A stretch of DNA of 41,752 bases, taken from contig DASVJA010000109.1 in assembly GCA_036386115.1 (NCBI GenBank), forward strand, positions 1 to 41,752, in the 5' to 3' direction. The notes below the pieces were generated by a model. It was not told the origin of the DNA, made no database searches, and saw only the letters and a program-made list of their open reading frames with translations. Shown piece by piece: positions 28,790 through 35,790 of this stretch (its first letter is position 1; each line of letters begins with the position of its first letter). The position numbers and the translations under genes are program-made. The DNA comes from Candidatus Limnocylindrales bacterium. GTDB lineage: Bacteria; Chloroflexota; Limnocylindria; Limnocylindrales; CSP1-4.

Positions 28790-29604
28790 CGGATCGGCCA
28801 GAGGATTTCGGTGCGGAGCGCGCCCGGTTCCGCCACCTGCTCCGGCCCGACGATGTAGACCTCTCGCGGCGTCCCGGCGGTCTCGTGGCCGTGCTCCTGG
28901 ACCCACTCGCCGAGGGCACGGTAGGCCGGGGCGACATCCTCGTAACGACCGGCGTGCACCGTGGCCGCAACAAGCCCGCCGAGGATTGTGGTAGCCACGA
29001 TCCTCCCGCGCGGCTCGACCGGCGCGGAGACCGGCACACCGATTTCGAGCTCGAGCTCCGCTTCCGCGAGTTCGCCCACGTGGTAGATGCCGTACATTGG
29101 GCCAGCCGGGCGCAGGCACTGGTCGCCGGTGACCCTGAACAACTCCTTCACGGCCCCAGCGATGAAAGGTTCGAGGTCCGCCCAACACGTTCTGCCTCTG
29201 ACTGCGGCCGCCGTTTGGGTCACGGTCTCCCGAAGATGGATCTCGTACTGCATGGGTGGCTCCTCGCGCAACATTGTCTCGAGGAGGGTGATGGCGTATC
29301 GCTGTTTGTCAGCTTCCTCGACCAGGCGTTGTCGATGGGTTTCGAGCAACGCCTTCGTTCGAACCGCGTCGCCGGCCAGAAGAGCACGAATCTCCGGCAG
29401 CGGCATCTCCAGGAACCGCAGCGTCCGAATTCGCTCTGCGTCCTCGGCCTGGGAGATCGAGTAGTAGCGGTAGCCGGTATCAGGATCGACGGCAGCCGGT
29501 GGCAGCAGGCCCAACTCGTCGTAGTGGCGCAGTGCCGGGATCGAGAGACGGCAGATCTCCGAGAACCGACCGATCGGCAGCAGGTTGCGCATCGCCTTCC
29601 TCAT
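28786..29604 (-). CDS. MerR-family transcriptional regulator with a GyrI-like (AraC_E_bind/BmrR-type) effector domain
   Basis: HTH 'IGRFSEICRLSIPALRHYDELGLLPPAAVDPDTGYRYYS' and a coiled-coil linker. The C-terminal half has GyrI-like features ('FIAGAVKELF', 'GPMYGIYH', 'ELEIGVPV', 'EILWPI'). Start is ATG 29604 or 29592. Confidence 0.85.
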   Translation of the reverse strand: MRKAMRNLLPIGRFSEICRLSIPALRHYDELGLLPPAAVDPDTGYRYYSISQAEDAERIRTLRFLEMPLPEIRALLAGDAVRTKALLETHRQRLVEEADKQRYAITLLETMLREEPPMQYEIHLRETVTQTAAAVRGRTCWADLEPFIAGAVKELFRVTGDQCLRPAGPMYGIYHVGELAEAELELEIGVPVSAPVEPRGRIVATTILGGLVAATVHAGRYEDVAPAYRALGEWVQEHGHETAGTPREVYIVGPEQVAEPGALRTEILWPIR

Positions 29605-29624
29605 GTGAATGGGCGACAAGCCTG

Positions 29625-29649
29625 GACCCTCACGCAGGCAGAGAGTCAA
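29625..29649 (-). promoter_or_regulatory. -35-like TTGACT overlapping an imperfect dyad upstream of the MerR-family gene
   Basis: The minus strand reads TTGACTCTC-tgcctgcgt-GAGGGTC (7-bp arms, 6/7 complementary, 9-nt spacer). A dyad placed within the promoter spacer is typical of MerR operators. The -10 element is not convincing. Confidence 0.3.
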
Positions 29650-29830
29650 GCGCCGCGAGTTGCGGCCGATATTAGCCGGGTGCGAAGAGCGATGACGGCT
29701 CGGCGGCTAACGGCGCCGCGGACAAGGCAGGGCCGCATGGCGCAACGAGCTTTTCGACGGCTGACGTTGCCTCCCGGCGAGCATACGATCGAGGAAATCC
29801 CCACGAGCGTGATGACGGCGCGCTCTTTAT

Positions 29831-29868
29831 GCAAACGGCTCGGGACCCCTTCCCCCCGGGCCGTTTGC
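29831..29868 (-). terminator. GC-rich hairpin downstream of the DUF72 gene
   Basis: GCAAACGGC...GCCGTTTGC arms (9 bp) extend with inner CGGG/CCCG pairs, 17 nt after the DUF72 stop. There is no U-tract on the minus strand. Confidence 0.4.
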
Positions 29869-29884
29869 CGTGTCTTGGGGCTGC

Positions 29885-30979
29885 CTAGAGTTGAGGAGCG
29901 ACGTCCACGGTGCCGGCAGGCCCGGCGGGTTCGTCCTCCAGATCCCGCTCCAGCATGTCGGCAAGCTCCCTGGCGTTCGTCGAGCCGTAGTTGGCGTAGC
30001 AGTTGTTCATCAGGATGTGCATTTCGCGCGTTTCCTCTGCTGCCTCGCGGATACGCGGCACCCAATCCGCCAGTTCCGACTCGCTGTAGAGGTAACGGAA
30101 CCTTTCTACGACCGGAATGCCCTGCGCCTCCCACGTCTCGACCCGGCGTCCGTGGAAGCGGACGAGGGCAAGTTCGGGAGAGGTAACGGCCACGATCGGC
30201 GGGATGCTGCTGCGTAGCCCTTGCGGCCCGTCGACCATGACCAGAGGAATGGCGTTGTCTGTGAGGAAGGCCAGCGTCCGATCCCGGTTCTTGTCGTTGA
30301 ACCAGGTCTCGCTTCTGAACTCCACGGCGCTCTTGACCTCGCCGAGCCGCTGCCGGGCCTCGAGGATGGCGTCGCGGCTCTCGCTGGTGGGAAAGAACCA
30401 CTTGGGGTATTGCAGCAGCACGGACCCGAGCTGGCCGCTCGCCCGGAGTGGCTCGAGCCCCGCCAGATAGCGCCCCCACACTTCGTCGTGGAGTTCCGCC
30501 GGCAGATCCTTGGCATAGAGGCGTGGCCTGGCTGCCAGCTCCTCCGGAAGAGCCTCGCGCAGGTCCTTCGGCAGGCGCTTGGTTTCCGTAGGCTGCCCTG
30601 TCATCAGGGCGTGGGCCTTGGCGTCGAAGAGGAAGTCCGGAGGCGTCCGGTCCACCCAGGCCGCGGCCACCCTGGCGGACGGTAGGGCGTAGTACGTGGC
30701 GTCTATCTCCACGATGGGGAACGTAGACGCGTAGTACGTCAACCTCTCTTCAGCGGAGTCCGAGCCGCGTGGGTAGAAGACGCCCGGCGCCGTCATCGTC
30801 GGGTCCGTCCAGGAGGCCGTTCCGAAACGGATCGTGGAGCCGCTGCGGGTGATGAGAGGCTGGCCGGCTGCTTCCCGGACGGCGATGGCTCGCTCTCCGG
30901 CGACACCGGCTCCGGGGTCGTGGGGGTTGGATGGAGTCTCTTCGAGTGGCAGGGCGGGCATGGGTTCAGGTTGAACCAT
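29885..30979 (-). CDS. DUF72 (YecE/UPF0759) family protein
   Basis: 'IRFGTASWTDP...FYP', 'LTYYASTFPIVEIDATYYALP', 'FLFDAKAH', 'VLLQYPKWF' and 'AVEFRSETWF' are DUF72 TIM-barrel blocks. Start is uncertain (ATG 30979 or 30961). It has an acidic C-terminal tail. Confidence 0.8.
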   Translation of the reverse strand: MVQPEPMPALPLEETPSNPHDPGAGVAGERAIAVREAAGQPLITRSGSTIRFGTASWTDPTMTAPGVFYPRGSDSAEERLTYYASTFPIVEIDATYYALPSARVAAAWVDRTPPDFLFDAKAHALMTGQPTETKRLPKDLREALPEELAARPRLYAKDLPAELHDEVWGRYLAGLEPLRASGQLGSVLLQYPKWFFPTSESRDAILEARQRLGEVKSAVEFRSETWFNDKNRDRTLAFLTDNAIPLVMVDGPQGLRSSIPPIVAVTSPELALVRFHGRRVETWEAQGIPVVERFRYLYSESELADWVPRIREAAEETREMHILMNNCYANYGSTNARELADMLERDLEDEPAGPAGTVDVAPQL

Positions 30980-31032
30980 TTGAGCCGCCGATGCCAGTTC
31001 CGTGCCGCCGTCGCCCGCCGGCCGAGCGTGAC

Positions 31033-31266
31033 TCAGGCGTCGCTGCACGGTTCCATGTCGCCGGGGAATATGAGGTGTCCCAGCCCAATCAGGCTGCGAC
31101 CGGCCACGGCGCGGGCCGCGACAATCACTCCCATGTGAGTCTCTTCCTCGGCCCGGTCTCGGCCGGCGCGGCTGCCGTTGGCGCTGCGCCAGTCGGATCT
31201 CAGTTCAACAGACCTGGCATGAGCCTGGCGCAACTGCTCTATCTCATCGGTGATGTAGGGACGCAT
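31033..31266 (-). CDS. Candidate 77-aa hypothetical protein upstream of DUF72
   Basis: The ATG at 31266 follows GGAGGA by 9 nt. Third-position G+C is about 75% by hand count. 'MRPYITDEIEQLRQAHARSVELRSDW...'. No family recognised. It is divergent from the WYL regulator. Confidence 0.4.
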   Translation of the reverse strand: MRPYITDEIEQLRQAHARSVELRSDWRSANGSRAGRDRAEEETHMGVIVAARAVAGRSLIGLGHLIFPGDMEPCSDA

Positions 31267-31404
31267 CTTCGTGGTTTCCTCCGTGCGTCGGCTCGACGAC
31301 CTCACCCTACGGGGCTCGGCGCTCGGCCGCTTCCGGTTCTTCGCTTCTGCCCGGCAACTATCGCAGCCATACCTGACGGTTGGTGTCAGGAATTCAGAAG
31401 AAGA

Positions 31405-32394
31405 ATGAGATACGCTCCGGCGATGCGAGCCAGTCGACTTATCTCAGTTCTTCTCATGCTGCAGACACGCGGCCGGATGACGGCCCAGCAGCTTGCAACC
31501 GAGCTCGACGTCTCAGTTCGGACCATCTACCGGGATGTCGAGGAACTGAGCGCTTCCGGCATCCCCGTGTATGCCGATCGGGGCATGCACGGCGGCTTCC
31601 AGCTGGTCGAGGGCTACAGGACGAAACTTACCGGGCTAACCCCAGAAGAAGCTGAAACCCTATTCCTGTCGGGCTATCCGGGGCCGGCCGCCCAGCTTGG
31701 TCTGGGCACCGTCCTGGCCGCGGCGCAGCTCAAGGTGCTCGCGGCCCTGCCGCCGGAACTGCGGAGCAGAGCTGCCCGACTGCGCCAGCGATTCCACCTG
31801 GACGCTCCCGGCTGGTTTCAGGAGCCCGACGTCACGCCCCACCTGCAGCAGATCGCCGAGGCCGTCTGGGCCGACCAGCGGCTTCACATGCACTACCGCC
31901 GCGGTGACGCCGGCCTCGTAGTGGAGCGCCTCGTGGATCCACTCGGGTTGGTCCTGAAATCGGCGGTCTGGTATCTGGTCGCGCGCAGCGATGGGGGAAT
32001 GCGTACTTACCGAATCTCGCGGATCGTGGACCTTGCCTTGCTGCCGGACCGGTTCGAGCGGCCGGACGACTTCGACCTGGCCGAATACTGGGAACGATCG
32101 ATCGCGGACTACGGGATGAGCCTGCCGTGGTTCGCAGCGACGGTGAAGGTCAGGGGCGACGGACTGGAGAGGCTGGCGGACGTCATCGGCCGGGGCCCGG
32201 CCGAGAACGCCATTGCGGCCGCGCCGGCTCCCGATGCGGACGGCTGGGTCACGCTCTCGCTGCGCCTGGAGGATCTGTGGCATGCAGGGCCGCAGATGCT
32301 TCACCTTGGGCAGGACGCCGAGGTCCTGGAGCCGGCCGAGCTGCGCGACCGAGTTGCCGCGGCGGCTCGCGAAACGGCTGCGCGGTACCTCTAG
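31405..32394 (+). CDS. YafY-type transcriptional regulator (wHTH_11 + WYL + WCX domains)
   Basis: 'MRASRLISVLLMLQTRGRMTAQQLATELDVSVRTIYRDVEELSASGIPVYADRG' is the HTH_11/DeoR-like N-terminus. 'VWYLVARSDGGMRTYRISRI' is the WYL core. ATG 31423 is an equally likely start. Confidence 0.85.
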   Translation: MRYAPAMRASRLISVLLMLQTRGRMTAQQLATELDVSVRTIYRDVEELSASGIPVYADRGMHGGFQLVEGYRTKLTGLTPEEAETLFLSGYPGPAAQLGLGTVLAAAQLKVLAALPPELRSRAARLRQRFHLDAPGWFQEPDVTPHLQQIAEAVWADQRLHMHYRRGDAGLVVERLVDPLGLVLKSAVWYLVARSDGGMRTYRISRIVDLALLPDRFERPDDFDLAEYWERSIADYGMSLPWFAATVKVRGDGLERLADVIGRGPAENAIAAAPAPDADGWVTLSLRLEDLWHAGPQMLHLGQDAEVLEPAELRDRVAAAARETAARYL

Positions 32395-32481
32395 GCCCGC
32401 GCTGTTGCGCGCCGTGCACTACCCGTGTCGGCGGTCGCATCGGGTCTGTCTTCCTGCGAAAAGGAGTGGGAACCTGGGCCG

Positions 32482-32916
32482 ATGTTTTGGATGCATGACG
32501 GCCGCGCGGAGCGGCGCAAGAAAGTGCTAGATGAATTGCTCCTGCTTGATCCGGCCCAGCGCCGGAGGCATCTGGACGATGCCGTGACTGCGGGCGACGT
32601 TCGCGAGAGCGAAGTCGAGTCGGCCCTGTTGCTGGTCCATCGCCTGGATGTGCTGCGGGTCATGACGGTGCCGTCCGACGGCCGGCTTCCCGGCGGGATT
32701 CTGCCGGTCGTGGAATTCCACCTGCGCACCGCCGAGACTGCCGAGGTCGCCGACGAGCCGGCACCGGTGATCGAAGCCGAACGGCGAGTTGCCCGGGCTC
32801 TTGTGGCCGGTCGGTCGCGGTCCGGAGCGCACTCATCGCGGCAGAGACGTCTCCGGGCGGCCGCTGGCCTCTCTCCCGCTGGCGTCGCCGTCGAAGTAGG
32901 AGCGATCGGCTCGTAA
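32482..32916 (+). CDS. Hypothetical protein (weak call)
   Basis: Third-position G+C is high in this frame, and the opposite-strand ORF (32391-33119) is Arg/Ser-rich noise. No motif recognised. No good SD at ATG 32482. Confidence 0.3.
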   Translation: MFWMHDGRAERRKKVLDELLLLDPAQRRRHLDDAVTAGDVRESEVESALLLVHRLDVLRVMTVPSDGRLPGGILPVVEFHLRTAETAEVADEPAPVIEAERRVARALVAGRSRSGAHSSRQRRLRAAAGLSPAGVAVEVGAIGS

Positions 32917-32920
32917 CGCC

Positions 32921-34075
32921 TCAGGCCGTCAGATCGACCTGTTGGAGCGCTCCGGCCTTGCCGTTCTCGCCGAGATAGACGCTGGACGAGACGACCTGAC
33001 CCAGGGATTCGTTGGTGTTGCTCCGGATGTCGAATTGCGTTGAGGCGGCCTGTCCAACAAAGAGCGCACCCACGCCTGCGTCCGACAGCGATGTCACGCC
33101 GCCACTTGGGCCGGACCACAGCTTGAGGGTGGCGTAGGCGGCGTCGCCCTCATCGATCCAGCCGTTCTGGTCCGAGTCCAGCGCCTTCAGCTCGCTGAAG
33201 CCGTTGCCGCTGGATGGCCCGAACAGCTCGCTGCCGTTGTCAATCTTGCCGTTGCCGTTCGCGTCCAGAGCAAGGAAGTAGGTTCCGGCCGCGGGGAGGG
33301 CGACCTGCTCGTCCGTGCCGTCGGAGTTGATGTCGAAGGCCGTGCGGTCGGAGCTGAGGGCTACCGGTCCGCTGGTCAGATTGAGGGCGATGGGATCTAC
33401 CTTCTTGACAGCGTCGCCGGCCGTTATGTCGACGCTGGACGACTGGCTGAAGTCGCGGTGCATGGCCAGCGAGTAGGCGAATGAGATCGTGCGGCCATCG
33501 GCGGTGGTCAACTGGCCCGTGGCCTGGAAGCCGGCCGTTTCGGTCTCCTGGTGGACCTGGTCCACTTTGATCTCGAGTCCCCAGCCGGCTTGCTGCGGCT
33601 GGGCCGCGGGCTGCGCGGCACCGTCGGCTGCTGCCACGGCGGCGGTTGCGTTCTGGCCGGCTTGACGGGCGGCCGAATTGGCGTCGCGGAAGTCGTTCGG
33701 GTTGAAGAGGTGGATCTTTCGGCCGGTCATGCGTTCGATGAGCATCATCAGCAGGTTCAGGTTCGGGTCGGTCGTGGTCGGATCGGTTGAATCGGTGATG
33801 CCGGCGGACGAAGTCTGGCTTGCGGCGGCGCCCGACGACACGAGTTCCCGGCCAGCGGCGGTCGCGGCGGCTGTTCGCGCCGCGGTGCGCGCCTCGGCCG
33901 AGAGCTTGGCGATGGCGGCCTTGACCGCCGCCGGGCTTATCGTGGTCGAGTTGACTGCCGGCTTCGGCGTGGTCGGGCGGTCGCCCACCCAGGCCTCCAC
34001 TGAGGTGCGGCTGAAGTCGGTGACGCTCGCCGTTCTCTGCGACGAGAGCCAGACTTGCGACTGCTCGATGCGCAT
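32921..34075 (-). CDS. Hypothetical protein with three EF-hand/dockerin-like Ca-binding loops
   Basis: The ATG at 34075 is preceded by GGAGGTG with a 6-nt spacer. Loops are 'DINSDGTDE', 'DANGNGKIDNGSE' and 'DSDQNGWIDEGD'. The N-terminal half is an A/T/S/Q-rich low-complexity region. No signal peptide is evident at 'MRIEQSQVWLSS'. Confidence 0.65.
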   Translation of the reverse strand: MRIEQSQVWLSSQRTASVTDFSRTSVEAWVGDRPTTPKPAVNSTTISPAAVKAAIAKLSAEARTAARTAAATAAGRELVSSGAAASQTSSAGITDSTDPTTTDPNLNLLMMLIERMTGRKIHLFNPNDFRDANSAARQAGQNATAAVAAADGAAQPAAQPQQAGWGLEIKVDQVHQETETAGFQATGQLTTADGRTISFAYSLAMHRDFSQSSSVDITAGDAVKKVDPIALNLTSGPVALSSDRTAFDINSDGTDEQVALPAAGTYFLALDANGNGKIDNGSELFGPSSGNGFSELKALDSDQNGWIDEGDAAYATLKLWSGPSGGVTSLSDAGVGALFVGQAASTQFDIRSNTNESLGQVVSSSVYLGENGKAGALQQVDLTA

Positions 34076-34129
34076 TTGACACCTCCACGGAGTGGATCGG
34101 GCCGGCAAAGGCGTCGGGCGAGCGACTCT

Positions 34130-34187
34130 CTAGGGGTATCGGCCTAGGGGAGAACCCCTAAAGGTACCGGGCGAGAAGGTGGTACCT
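34130..34187 (-). other. Twin hairpins with a competing upstream repeat between the ABC ATPase gene and the Ca-loop protein gene
   Basis: On the plus strand: CTAGGGG (34130-36), CTAGGGG (34144-50), CCCCTA (34155-60), then AGGTACC (34162-68) N12 GGTACCT (34181-87). This is either a terminator or a 5'-leader element. Confidence 0.4.
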
Positions 34188-34225
34188 ATGGGCAACACAT
34201 ATGGGCCGGACGGCTGTCGGGGCTC

Positions 34226-35020
34226 TTACGCAGCCTGCGCCGTGAAGCGGGCGCCGACTCGCTCTACGCGCAATGGCAGCCCAAAGGCCTCGCTCAAAAC
34301 CGGGCCGGTAACCGTGTCGATGACCGGGCCGGCCGCGATGACGCGTCCGGATTTCAGCACAATGGCGTGAGTGGTTCCGGCCGCGATCTCCTCGACGTGA
34401 TGCGTAACCACGACCGTTGCGGCCAGCGCCCCGTCGGCGTTCAGCCTGGCGAGCAGCGCGGCAAGTTGCTCTCTGGCGCCGAGGTCCAGGCCAGCGGCGG
34501 GTTCGTCGAGCAGCAGGAGGGCCGGGTCCAGCATCAAAGCTCGGGCGATTTGGACTCGCTGACGTTCCCCCGAGGACAGCAGGTCGAACCCGCGCTCGGC
34601 GATTGCGCCGCAGCCGACCAACTCCAAGCGTTCGGCGGCGCGATCCATGGTCGCTTGCGTCTGGCGATCCCACCATGGCGCGATGGCTCCGGTGGCGCCC
34701 GCCACGGCGACGTCCAGGGCGGTAAGACCCTGTGGGATCCGAGCCTCCAATGATGCGCTGACGATGCCGATCTGCTTCCGGAGTTCGCGAACGTCCACCG
34801 CGCCGAGCTGTTGGCCCAAGACGGAGACGCTGCCCCGAGACGGCCAGATGTACGTCGCCGCAACCGAAACCAGGGTCGTCTTGCCGCTTCCGTTGGCGCC
34901 GAGCAGGACCCAGCGCTCGCCGCCGCGGACTTGCCAATCGACGGCGTCCAGAAGGACGTTCCCGGAGCGCATCACGGTTACGCCCTGCAGCCCGAGGACC
35001 ACGTCGCTTCCCGGCGTCAT
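34226..35020 (-). CDS. ABC-type ATPase without an adjacent permease (YlmA/ModF-like)
   Basis: The ATG at 35020 gives 'MTPGSDVVLGLQGVTV'. Walker A 'GANGSGKTT', signature 'LSSGERQRVQIARAL' and Walker B 'LLLLDEP'. ATGA overlap with the NUDIX gene stop. Confidence 0.88.
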   Translation of the reverse strand: MTPGSDVVLGLQGVTVMRSGNVLLDAVDWQVRGGERWVLLGANGSGKTTLVSVAATYIWPSRGSVSVLGQQLGAVDVRELRKQIGIVSASLEARIPQGLTALDVAVAGATGAIAPWWDRQTQATMDRAAERLELVGCGAIAERGFDLLSSGERQRVQIARALMLDPALLLLDEPAAGLDLGAREQLAALLARLNADGALAATVVVTHHVEEIAAGTTHAIVLKSGRVIAAGPVIDTVTGPVLSEAFGLPLRVERVGARFTAQAA

Positions 35021-35493
35021 CGGGCTTCCTGCGCCAGAGCCTCGTCCAGCCTGTCCAGGAGCGGGATCTGAGTCTCCTTCATGTGGCTGCGGGCCTCCTC
35101 CGGGCCGTAGTAGACCCACTTGTCTACCTCGGGGAAGCGCTTCTTCCGTCCCGAGAACGGCGGCCAATCAAGCTCGATGAAGTTGCTGCTCATCGTCGCC
35201 GTATCCAGGTCCCCTTCCACTGCCCAGGCATACACGGTCTTGCCGCTCTTCTGACGAATAGAGCCGAGATCGATGAGTCTGCCGTCCGGGACGGGGTGGC
35301 CGACCTCTTCCTCGAATTCGCGCCGGGCCGTTCCTTGCATGTCCGGATCGGCGGCGTCGACTTCGCCCTTTGGAATCGACCAGTTGCCCAGATCCTTCTT
35401 GTTGAAGAATGGGCCGCCGGGATGGATCAACAGCACTTCAAGGATGCCGTCGCGAGTGCGATACAAGAGAATGCCGGCACTGGTTCGTATCAT
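35017..35493 (-). CDS. NUDIX hydrolase
   Basis: Nudix box 'GEVDAADPDMQGTARREFEEEVG' (GX5EX7REUXEEXGU pattern), 158 aa. Confidence 0.85.
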   Translation of the reverse strand: MIRTSAGILLYRTRDGILEVLLIHPGGPFFNKKDLGNWSIPKGEVDAADPDMQGTARREFEEEVGHPVPDGRLIDLGSIRQKSGKTVYAWAVEGDLDTATMSSNFIELDWPPFSGRKKRFPEVDKWVYYGPEEARSHMKETQIPLLDRLDEALAQEAR

Positions 35494-35547
35494 CTGCCCA
35501 GGGTAAGCCGTCGTGGCTCGGGGCGCTCCGATCCGGCGAGCCTAGGC

Positions 35548-35574
35548 GGCCGGGGCGGAATAGGGCCGGGGCGG
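35548..35574. repeat. Direct repeat GGCCGGGGCGG x2 (5-nt spacer) upstream of the NUDIX/ABC pair
   Basis: Copies at 35548-35558 and 35564-35574 are identical, each preceded by TAGG. They lie 55-80 nt upstream of the NUDIX ATG. Confidence 0.6.
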
Positions 35575-35583
35575 CCGGACATA

Positions 35584-35759
35584 GCGGAATGCAAACATCA
35601 CTTGCGCGCAGCGATGAATCCGGGCAAATCGGCCTTGACTTGGGGCGCTCCGGCCACGTTCAGCCGCCCCGCTACCGCCGTTCCACGAGGGGCGGCAAGG
35701 CGCGCCGCATGTAGGGCGCGTCAACTCCTGACGCAGCGCAAGTAGCAGTTGCATTCCGC
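35584..35759. other. Long-range inverted repeat enclosing about 176 nt of intergenic sequence (candidate structured RNA or MITE-like relic)
   Basis: GCGGAATGCAA (35584-94) pairs with TTGCATTCCGC (35749-59). ACTTGCGC (35600-07) pairs with GCGCAAGT (35736-43) across a symmetric 5x5 internal loop. An inner 8-bp hairpin is GCCGCCCC (35663-70) / GGGGCGGC (35689-96). Confidence 0.45.
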
Positions 35760-35790
35760 AATGACTCGCTCCAGAGTGCGTCGGCCCGGA

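Noticed and set aside
32391-33119. 242-aa minus-strand ORF between the WYL regulator and the Ca-loop protein gene
   Set aside because: The translation is extremely Arg/Ser/Thr/Ala-rich, and it overlaps the 3' end of the better-supported 32921-34075 gene. The plus-strand frame (32482-32916) looks more protein-like but is itself weak.
34158-34937. 259-aa alternative-frame ORF over the ABC ATPase gene
   Set aside because: It is Arg/Gly/Pro-rich noise. The 34226-35020 frame carries the Walker A, signature and Walker B motifs.
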